Shown: positions 1 through 12,387 of the stretch, piece after piece
Layout: each line of letters begins with the position of its first letter
Numbering within the stretch: position 1 is the stretch's first letter
Assembly: GCF_000143415.4 (NCBI RefSeq)
Contig: NW_003314278.1
Coordinates: forward strand, 388,371 to 452,370
Direction: 5' to 3'
DNA: 64,000 nucleotides
From: Selaginella moellendorffii
Taxonomy: Eukaryota; Plantae; Lycopodiophyta
The notes under the pieces: model-generated
Databases searched by the model: none
What the model saw: only the letters and a program-made list of their open reading frames with translations
What the model was told of the DNA's origin: nothing
Made by a program: the position numbers and the translations under genes

Positions 1-12
1 GACGCGTGTCAA

Positions 13-142
13 CACGTGGCTCGACAAGCGACGCGTGTAATTAACGCAATTTTACTCCAAGTCTGGCGTCCGGGAGCGTCCTCGTCTCAAATCTTGAGCG
101 CTCTCACTCTTCTCTTATCGGCTTCCAAGCGTCCACGTGGAC
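13..142 (+). promoter_or_regulatory. G-box/ABRE-like elements upstream of EF-G
   Basis: CACGTGGC at 13-20 and the palindrome GTCCACGTGGAC at 131-142, both within 270 nt of the ATG. Motif match only. Confidence 0.3.
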
Positions 143-280
143 GACCGTCAGCCCACCCGCGAAGATCCACAATGTACCACAATAAATCGATTTATATTTT
201 CTCGCACTATATGGTTTAAAACCACACCTTTATATCCATTCCCAGCGTATTGGGCCAGTGTGGGAATAAGCGAGGCGGTA

Positions 281-3079
281 ATGGCAATGGCGGAAGCGGC
301 CGCTACTCTTCCAGCAGCGAAGTTCCCCTCTTGCTCATCGATTTCTTCGGTCGCCGGGAACTCGCAAGCGAGATTATGCTGCGGCGCCAGATCGAGAGCG
401 CCGTTTGTGGGCCTCCGGGGCTTTCCAGGGCTCAGATTTTCAGGGCAGAATGGCGCGGCCAAGAATGCGCGGGCTTGCAATGCTGCGAGGCGTGGGATTG
501 TGTGTATGGCGGCTTCCGGTAAGTCTTTTGTGATTCTACATAGCCAGCTATGGATTTTTGTCATCGAGATTTTTCTTGGTTCCTTTGGATATGGTCGGTC
601 GTGCTATGAGTTGCAATTCATTGGCATCTTGGTTTATAGATTTTACGCGAGCATCATAGTCATATCCTCTATCACGAAGAATTTTCTTTGTGTTCTTGCA
701 AATCTACGTAGCTATAGCACGGAAAGAACGTTCCATAGTTTTTTTTTTTTTGTGTGCTTGCTTCTATCAAGAAAATATTTCTTTTCATACAATTCATACT
801 TTCTCTGGTTGCTTACATTCGAATTTATTTTCTCACACAGATACACGAGAGTTTCCACTCGAGGACTACCGAAACATTGGAATCATGGCTCACATCGACG
901 CTGGCAAGACTACAACAACCGAGCGCATTCTTTACTACACCGGCAAGAACTACAAGATCGGCGAAGTTCACGAAGGAAATGCGACCATGGACTGGATGGA
1001 ACAGGAAAGAGAACGAGGCATTACTATAACTTCCGCTGCCACAACCGCCGTGTGGAAGAACCATCGGATCAACATCATTGACACTCCGGGGCACGTCGAC
1101 TTTACTCTTGAGGTGGAACGAGCTCTCAGAGTTTTGGACGGGGCTATTTGCCTCTTCGACAGCGTTGCCGGTGTGGAGCCACAGTCAGAGACCGTGTGGA
1201 GGCAGGCTGACAAATACGGGGTGCCGAGGATCTGCTTTGTAAATAAGATGGATAGGATGGGAGCCAATTTTTTCCGGACGAGGGACATGATCGTCAGCAA
1301 CTTAGGAGCCAAACCGCTGGTACTACAGCTTCCGATAGGAGCGGAGGATACATTCAAAGGGGTGGTCGATTTGATTACCATGAAGGCTATTTTGTGGAGC
1401 GGAGAACAGCTAGGTGCGAAGTTTAGCTACGAGGAGATTCCCGACAACTTGGCAAAGGACGCGAAAGATTACAGGGCACAGCTTGTCGAGCTGGTGGTGG
1501 AACAAGACGATGAAGTTATGGAGCAGTACTTGGAAGGAGTGGAGCCGGATGAAGCAACCATCAAGAGACTTATACGGCAGGGAACGATCTCAAACAGCTT
1601 TGTCCCAGTTCTTTGCGGATCGGCATTCAAGAACAAAGGTGTGCAGCCTCTGCTGGATGCGGTGATAGAGTTTCTTCCTTCTCCAGTGGAGTTGCCTTCG
1701 ATCAAAGGGACTGACATGGACGATCCGGAGGTCGTTCTCGAGCGAAAACCATGTGACAAAGAACCATTCTCGGGGCTGGCCTTCAAGGTGATGACAGATC
1801 CTTTTGTTGGAGCACTGACGTTCATGCGGGTCTACTCCGGCGTTCTCACGGCCGGATCTTACGCCCTCAATGCGAACAAGAACAAGAAGGAGAGGATCGG
1901 GCGTCTGCTCCAGATGCACGCAAACTCACGGGAAGATGTCAAGGTTGCAGTGACTGGAGACATCGTAGCTCTCGCTGGTTTGAAGGACACGATCACAGGG
2001 GAGACGCTGTGTGATCCAGAGAAGCCAGTGATCCTGGAAAGAATGGACTTCCCTGATCCCGTCATCAAGGTGGCAATAGAACCAAAGACGAAGGCTGATG
2101 TCGACAAGATGTCAACTGGCCTTATCAAGCTTGCGCAAGAGGATCCGTCGTTCCATTTCTCCAGAGACGACGAAACAAACCAAACAGTCATCGAAGGCAT
2201 GGGAGAGCTCCATCTGGAAATCATCGTTGACAGGCTGAAACGGGAGTTCAAGGTTTGCTTCGAGAATTCGCTACAAGATTGTGGTTCTAAAGTCTTTTCT
2301 GATTCAGGTGGAAGCTAACGTGGGAGCTCCACAAGTGAACTATCGCGAGAGTATCTCCAAGCCAACTGAGGTGAAGTACGTACACAAGAAACAGTCAGGA
2401 GGACAAGGCCAGTTCGCAGAGGTTGTGATTAAGTTCGAGCCACTGGAGCCTGGCAGCGGATACGAATTCAAGAGCGAGATCAAAGGTGGAACCGTTCCCA
2501 AGGAATACGTTCCGGGGGTGGTGAAAGGCCTCGAGGACAGTATCAGCAACGGGATCCTGGCAGGCTACCCGGTGGTGGACTTTCGAGCAACCTTGGTCGA
2601 TGGTTCTTACCACGACGTCGACTCCAGCATCCTGGCGTTCCAGCTCGCAGCTCGGGGAGCTTTCAGGGAGGGGATTCCCAAAGCAGGGCCCAAGCTTCTG
2701 GAACCAGTGATGAAGGTGGAAGTGGTGACACCGGAGGAGCACATGGGAGACGTGATCGGAGACTTAAACTCGAGGAGAGGCCAGATCAACAGCTTGGGAG
2801 AGAAGCCCGGTGGCTTGAAGGTAAGGCTGGTTCTTCTCACGAATCTTTCGCTTCATAGCGTTTTTCTCTGGTGAGAGTGAATCTAAGCTCGGTTTGCTAT
2901 GGTTCCAGGTTGTGGATGCGTTTGTTCCACTGGCGGAGATGTTCCAGTACGTGAGTAATCTCCGAGGAATGACAAAGGGACGAGCAAGCTACTCGATGCA
3001 GCTCTCCAAATTCGAGATCGTGCCACAGCATGTCCAAACGCAAATCACCTCCAAAGCTCAAACAGTCGCTGCGGCCTAA
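281..3079 (+). CDS. fusA: Plastid translation elongation factor G (nuclear-encoded, transit peptide); exons 281-518, 841-2252, 2308-2820, 2909-3079
   Basis: GTPase motifs [22 protein letters not shown] and NKMD; EF-G domains III-V ([29 protein letters not shown]). Ser/Ala/Arg-rich N-terminal exon resembles a transit peptide. All introns are GT-AG and keep the frame. Confidence 0.96.
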
Positions 3080-3242
3080 AACGCTTCTCTTTAACTTCCT
3101 TCGCGCGATTTTAAAGATTTTGTATAACAGCATATTCGAAATGCCTTGAAATCTGGACGATTCAGAGCAAAACGTCACTTTAAACCTCAGCCGTCGAGAT
3201 CGGGCAATCTCAGCCGTCAAATTTAGAGGGGTTTAGGGTTAT

Positions 3243-6170
<2,928 letters not shown>

Positions 6171-6875
6171 GTCTGTGGTGAGTGAATCTGTGAATCTTCG
6201 AACTCTTTTTAAAGCGCTTTTGTCCGGCAGGATGACAAAACGGACGATGGAGTTTCCAATGGATGGAGTGTCGCTTAACACTAACGTAGGAATTAAGGTG
6301 TTGTAATCCCTCTGGTCTTTAGTTACGTATTATTTGTTGACTTATACACTAGGGACGAGATGGCAGGGAGAAGCACGCACACCGCCTTCAAAAGCTTCCA
6401 ATACTAGAGGTGAAAGCTACCATTCTCTTGTGTGATTTGTCGCAACTGACCAATCTTATTTTTTTCTCAGTCTCAGGGAAAAGTACGCACGTCGTCAACT
6501 GTTGTATACGAGTGGTGAGATATTTTTCCGCAGAATGAAAGTAAAGTAGAAATGATGGCCCGAAAACCATAGCTTTTTACTTCGTTCTCTCAAGAGAAGT
6601 TCTAAAAACCAAGGCTTCTTTCTTATAAGCATTTAAGCGGCAGCGACCGAGACATCTCCAAGAGACGATCCAGCTCTGCTGCTGAGGGCTCTCTGAGAGC
6701 CTGAGCTCCTCACAGTTGCTTGAGATATGTCTAATTGAGTTGTAATTTGGTTTCTCTTAGGATGTTAGATTCTCCTTCCAACCATCCTTGGTGACTGGCA
6801 CGTACGAGGAGATGAAACGCTTTGAAAAGATCCAAGGGAAGTGTCATTGAAGAGTGTCAAACCGGATTGAAAAAT

Positions 6876-6930
6876 TGGCCTCTGCAGGCTTCGAACCTGG
6901 GACCTTGGCGTTATTAGCCGCTCTGACCAG
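6876..6930 (-). tRNA. 5'-truncated tRNA-Ile(AAT) pseudogene fragment
   Basis: Minus strand reads CTGGTCAGAGCGGCTAATAACGCCAAGGTCCCAGGTTCGAAGCCTGCAGAGGCCA followed by ATTTTT. It has the anticodon loop CTAATAA, a T-loop GGTTCGA, an acceptor 3' strand and a Pol III terminator. The 5' acceptor strand is missing and the anticodon stem has a small deletion. Confidence 0.75.
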
Positions 6931-8207
6931 TCGAGTTTGATGTCTACTGAAAACTGTCTGTCTATAGTGGTCGCAGCGACCGTGAGAATCCAAGGTACAC
7001 AGACGATGCAGCAAGGCCGGCGTTTCCTCCCGGGAATGATACCAAGATTTTCCTTTCTATGGCGTGGAACGAACCGATAGCAATGGGGTCCTCGTCATAA
7101 GCTCAAGGGAATCCTCCGAGAGACACCGATAAGATATCTACGCCGTCATCGATGGCAGGCAAGGATGCCGTCGCTGGGACAACCGAACAAGAAACAAACT
7201 CTGTACGCTGCAACTCTGCAAACTCCTCCTCTCGCTGTTCCGGCCCCCAGTCCAAACTCACTCACTTGAGGAACTAGAGTTCCGGCGATGGTGGAAGTTG
7301 TGTGTGTCCCGTGCCCAACTTCGTCCCTCGCGTTTATGAAGTTGCAATAGATCATGTAGTTGCGAGCTCCAATCAACTTCCTGCTGGACAAGTTATAGAT
7401 CTTCTCTAAAAGGTGAGCTCGAAATTTACTTGTTGCAGTGAATGAGCTCTGATGCATTGGTGACGCCTTTGTTGTTACAGGTTCCTTTCCATCGAGCTGG
7501 TACCTCGCTCATCCCAGCATCGGAAAAGCTCTTGGATTCAGGCTATATCCTTGTCATATCACTCACGAGTAAGTTCTTGGAGAGATCTCATGGCCGACTT
7601 GAGCTGATTTTATACCTGTGTCTACAACTCCAACGATAACATCAGCTGCTGGTAGCGAGTTTTTGGATTCATTCTTGGAAGGAATTGTTACGTTCGGCAT
7701 TCCAATGAAATCCCACGAGTGCGTCGTCTGGAGTTGCAGCATTCTATTTGGAAAGACCTTGACAACACCCGGTGTACCTGCTTTCACTCTCCAAATTAAC
7801 GAGATCTTCACTCATCGAGGTAAACTTGATTTATTACTTGAAAGAATCTCGGCCTGGTCTTCCGTAAGCCATGCTGAGAATTCAGTGAGCGCCATCTTGT
7901 AGGTGAATCCCATCGCTTCCCAGGATTCGTGCAAGCATGCTAGCGAGTGACGAAACAACTGTGGCAGAATCCACATCCTCTCTCTTCCCTCCGGTGTATG
8001 CGATATATTTCTGTCGAAGGAAAACGAAAGGCAAACAAGTTGTTCTCTTCCTTACGAGTGGGATCATCATAAACTTGCCTGCTTGTCTCCAGCTTTGGGC
8101 TCGGTTCTGGTACTGTGGAGCTCGCCATCGCCGGTGTGGAAGGAAGCATCACTTTGACTAGCAATTGCTGCCAGTAGCATTAAGCACACGGCAACGATGG
8201 AGTCCCT
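6931..8207 (-). pseudogene. Tandem subtilase duplicate, truncated and frameshifted
   Basis: Colinear with 4825-6170 (TTHSWDF, VGVVDTG, GHGTHTTST). The start ATG has become AGG, there are several indels, and it ends before the catalytic Ser at the tRNA fragment. Confidence 0.88.
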
Positions 8208-8681
8208 GTTTGTGGTGTGTGAATCTTGTGGGATGGAATCAGTTTCTTTTGAACTGCTCGCCAAGGAATTCCAGAGTATCGGAGAAAATGTAACAAAATT
8301 GCTGCGTTCCTTCGTATGCGACATTTTACATGTTTAGTACTGTTTCTAATCTAGTGTTCATAAAGTTTCCAAAAGTATAATTTGCTGGCTGTGACACCCC
8401 CCTTAGACCACTCGGGCAAACCAGCTTATCGCCTTAGGATAATTACATTAAAGGGTTGGAGCATTCGCCTTAGCATAATTACATTTCGGGATAGCATTCC
8501 GGCTGCAACGCATTCCAAATCCACATCAATTCGCTTACAACGTGTTTGTTGTTGATGATGTGACCTCCCACCAAGTCCGCAAAGTGAACAGTATAGAAGT
8601 CTATAACTTTAAAGCCCACCTCTACTATCCATAGCTGCGCACTCTTTCTTGAGCATTCTTTCCCTTCTTATCTGTTCTAGG

Positions 8682-9950
8682 ATGGCAGCCACCGTCACAA
8701 TTGTTGGCAATGCTTATGTGTACCCAAGAGAGGGGTCCAATAGTTTCGGTTCTATTTCTGAAGCCGGGCTTGGAGCATGGACAGATGTCACTGGATCTAC
8801 CCGTGTCTACTTCTGGCCACAGAAAACTGGGTCGATTTCTGTTTCAATCAAGGCAAGATCTGTTGACAATACTAACACTTTGCGTTTAAGTCTCGATGGT
8901 AGTGCCAGTGCTGCACACGACGTAGTCCTGCCCAAGTCCTCTAATTTCCAAACTTATACAGTAGGAACATACACCATTTCGAGCTCAAGGTATCACTATC
9001 TGGAGATACGTGCAGTCACCAAAAACTCAATCTACCTTCCTGATGTGCAAGCACTGGTCATCTCTGGTTCTGCTGCCGAAGGCCTCAAGTATAACAAGAG
9101 CTCCTTCCGCGGTGCACCCTCAACGCATCTTTCGTACAAAACAGAGGGTATCGAGGGGGGTATCACTTGGTTCTACACTGAAATCTATGTCAAGCAAGGC
9201 GAAGATCCCCTTTACTCCTACTACATGACGAATGGTTTTGGAGATGGCTACTTTGGTATTCAGGTAAGTTCCAGTGTAATTGCATTATCCACTTCCTAAT
9301 ATTCTTATCATCTATAGGTGAACTCACCGACTGAAAGGAGAGTATTATTTTCAATATGGAGCAACTATGATACTCAGAAACCAGAGGAGATCCCCGAAGA
9401 CTACAAAGTGAAGCTGGTGAAAAAAGGAAGTGATGTGATTTCAGGAGAATTTGGTAACGAAGGGTCGGGTGCACAGAGCTACTTCAAATACATGTGGAAA
9501 ACTGACACCGTTTACAGATGCCTTGTCAAGGCTGAAGCTTCTGGTAGCGACAACACCATATTTTCAGGTTACTTCCATATGCCGGAGTCGGGCTGGAAGC
9601 TGATAGCTCGATGGAACAAACCAAAGACTGGAGCTCTCTTGTTGACAGGGCTTTATTCCTTTGTGGAGAACTTTTCAAGCAATGGAAACGACTACTTCAA
9701 GGCTCACTTTGGCAACCAGTGGGCTTATGGTAAGGATGGATGGGTGCAGCTGACCAAGGCCGGATTCACCACGACCGCCAGTGAAGAGAAGCATCAGCGA
9801 TATGATTATGGCGCTGGGGCAGAAGGCGTTTGGATGTATATGTATAGTGGTGGATTTAAGCAGACGAACAATGTGAAGGCTGGAGATATCATACAAAGGA
9901 GCGGTGGTCCTAGTCCTGATGTGGACTTGAAAAAATTGGATGCTCTCTAA
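8682..9950 (+). CDS. DUF5077 + DUF3472 domain protein (Bacteroidetes-type family); exons 8682-9263 and 9318-9950
   Basis: Family-typical motifs RGAPSTHLSY, WFYTEI, SYYMTNGFGDGYFGIQ|VNSPTERRVLFSIWS, GEFGNEGSGAQSY, LYSFVENF and FGNQW. A 54-nt phase-0 GT-AG intron joins the two ORFs. Confidence 0.88.
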
Positions 9951-10064
9951 AAACTAAAACACCACCGCAGTTAAATAAAAAGAAAATAACAACAGTTTAT
10001 TGTATTACATGCACGATCTAAGCATCCACTTTGCCAACGATGACACATCAAGGTTTGGCGCTTA

Positions 10065-10412
10065 CATCGCGTGCTCAAGTGCTCGTTGAGAATGGTTCGC
10101 TCTTTCATGGAGTTCTATTTTTCTCTTCTTTTTTTGAGCTTGCACTTCGCTTGACAACGATTCTAGGTGGAAAAAAATCCCTCTCTAGTTTACCTCTTTA
10201 CCTCGTGAGCTTCACGTTGCCACACGGATTGAAAAAGATAGCTGGTCTTGGAGATGATTGTTGTCTTTCCATCGAGCTGGTACTTCGCTCATTCCAGCTG
10301 AATTAAAATGACTATAGATGCCTTAGGAAAAAAAACGTAACCAAGCTTGTTTCCAGCTTTGATCTCGGCTGTGGTACCTTGGAGCTTGCCATCACCGATG
10401 TGGAAGTAAGTG
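10065..10412. pseudogene. Scrambled fragments of the helicase 5' exons (~10065-10245, +) and of the subtilase (~10263-10298 and ~10345-10412, -)
   Basis: Degenerate matches to 12764-13011, 5415-5447 and 6035-6100. Confidence 0.7.
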
Positions 10413-10464
10413 CGACAAATGGCCAGAGACCAATAAGCATACGATGCGAAGCCTACGCGCATTA

Positions 10465-10683
10465 TGCTTTATCAATAAAAAATTGAAGTTTTAGCTTTAT
10501 AATTTATAAATTAAAAACTTTTCATATGATTTTGTGTTATAATATTGTGAAATATAAAAAATAAATTAAAAAACTGATAGAAATATTAATAAATATTAAT
10601 TAAGTACTAGGAAATGGCATGTGGACACATGCTAATTAATGTCCCACTTTACTGAATAAGTTCCACTTTAACGAAATAAAGCA
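10465..10683. mobile_element. MITE copy with most of the left TIR deleted (same family as 37887-38171)
   Basis: About 210 nt nearly identical to 37961-38171. It starts TTA|TGCTTTAT and ends with the intact right TIR AAGTTCCACTTTAACGAAATAAAGCA. Confidence 0.8.
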
Positions 10684-10820
10684 TCATTTAGCTTATTGCA
10701 TTAATATAATTACATTAAGGACTTTTTAAAACCGAGGCTCCGCTAGCCATGTTATTTGTAAAGGTACAGTCCAAACAAAAAGCTTTTGAGCAATTATTTT
10801 ACAGTGCTGGCATGTACGTT

Positions 10821-11291
10821 TTAGAGAGCATCCAATATTGGGAAGTCCACGTCAGGATCAGGACCAACGCTCCTTTCTATGACATCTCCAACCTTCACAT
10901 TGTTGGTCTGCCTCAGATGGACATCTCTTGAAGAACCAGAGATGATCAGCGCTTGCACCTCAGGAAGGTAGGTTGAGTTTTGGGTGACTGCACGTATTTC
11001 CAGATAGTGATACTCTGGTATAAGTTCCCACTGTATAAGTTTTGACTTGGGCAAAACTACGTCGTGTGCAGCATTGGGACTACCATCGAGGCTTAAGCGC
11101 AAGGTGTTAGTGTTGTCAACTGATCTTGCCTGGATTGAAACAGAGATCCATCCAGTTTTCTGTGGAAAAAAGAAGACACGGGTTGATCCAGTGGCATCGG
11201 TCCATCCTTCAAGGCCATCATTAGAAATAGAACCGAAACTGTCGTTTGGGTACACGTAACCATTGCCAACAAGAGTGACGGTGGCTGCCAT
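10821..11291 (-). CDS. Inverted paralog of the DUF5077/DUF3472 gene retaining only DUF5077 and the C-terminal tail (156 aa; possibly a pseudogene)
   Basis: MAATVTLVGNGYVYP...ALIISGSS is joined in frame to QTNNVKVGDVIERS...LDAL*. The whole DUF3472 region and the intron are absent. Confidence 0.7.
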   Translation of the reverse strand: MAATVTLVGNGYVYPNDSFGSISNDGLEGWTDATGSTRVFFFPQKTGWISVSIQARSVDNTNTLRLSLDGSPNAAHDVVLPKSKLIQWELIPEYHYLEIRAVTQNSTYLPEVQALIISGSSRDVHLRQTNNVKVGDVIERSVGPDPDVDFPILDAL

Positions 11292-11654
11292 TAGAAGTGG
11301 ATAGATAAAGAAGGGGAAGAGGGCTCAACTAGAAGTGGGCAATGGACTTTGAGGAACAATCCGAGACACACACACACAAAAGATTGCACAGCAATTTATA
11401 GACTTCAGAAGCACCTAAAAAGAACTAAGAAGGTGCGATTAGGCTATGGTTCAACATCGCTTGAGAAATATTGCATTTATAAGTGTGGGGTTGAGGGCTC
11501 CTTTCAGTATGGACACGTTATTTTGGCTTGAGAAGCAGATCATGGAGATGGAGATGGAGAAGCGGGATATCATGGAGATGGAGCCCTGCACCAAACTTTT
11601 TTCCTTGGTAAATTATGTTTGCCTTTTTAGTAAACCAAACATTTCTTTTTTCTG

Positions 11655-11778
11655 AGATGGATCCGAAATGGAGTCCGAGATGGACCCGAAATGGAGTCCG
11701 AGATGGAGTCCGAGATGGATCCGAGATGGAGTCTGAGATGGACCCGAGATGGACCCGAAATGGAGTCTGAGATGGAGT
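11655..11778. repeat. Tandem 11-12 nt minisatellite (GAGATGGAGTCC / GAAATGGAGTCC / GAGATGGACCC)
   Basis: About 11 adjacent imperfect units are visible. Confidence 0.9.
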
Positions 11779-11789
11779 GGCATAACGGC

Positions 11790-12090
11790 CTGGTATGGGT
11801 ATCTCTACCCCCCCCCCCCCCCTCCCCACTTCTATCCCGAAGGGAAGGCCCAAGCCCCTACGAAGGGCAAAGACTAATGAGCCATGAGGTACTCAACTGG
11901 GGCACCACTCCACATGACCCGGGAGCACTACAGTCGGTTTCCCTTTCAGGAGTGGGAGCTGCTTTTGAGCACTTCCTTGGGTGGCCCCTCTGGCACCACC
12001 CAAGTCCATACTCACTCCCACCCAAGGCCCCTCGGCCCCAATGTCAACCTCAAGTCAGTTTGGAAGCACCACTAGAGAGTTCCTTCAAGA
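11790..12090 (-). mobile_element. LTR-derived fragment
   Basis: Reverse-complement similarity to ~41950-42220, which lies downstream of the gypsy chromodomain. Confidence 0.6.
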
Positions 12091-12387
12091 CTGTATAAAA
12101 AGAGAAAATAATATGTTATACATTGTTTGGTTTTGTGTTATTCAATCCAATTGATCAAATGGAAATTTATAATTATAAAAATTTGTATACAAAATTAATC
12201 TTAATGCATAGTAGAATAAGCTAGAATATATTAAGAAGTTTAAGAAAATCTATAAATTATAAATATGTTTAGAAATTTCTAAAATATTTAAACATACTCT
12301 AAATAGGTTTGCTTACGCAAACCAAAATTGAATTATTTTTACTATGAACATTAAAGAGTTTATTGCATGGGTTTAGGGCTTTGTGCA

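Noticed and set aside
137-1081. 314-aa ORF as a separate gene
   Set aside because: It is EF-G exon 1 read through the intron into an off-frame part of exon 2.
6876-6930. Functional tRNA-Ile gene
   Set aside because: The 5' acceptor strand and part of the A-box are missing and the anticodon stem has a deletion.
8682-9950. Bacterial contamination
   Set aside because: It has a spliceosomal intron, a local inverted paralog and contiguous plant genes on both sides.
11655-11778. Possible CRISPR array or repetitive MESEMES protein
   Set aside because: The units are adjacent 11-12-mers with no unique spacers and lie next to LTR-derived sequence in a eukaryotic genome.
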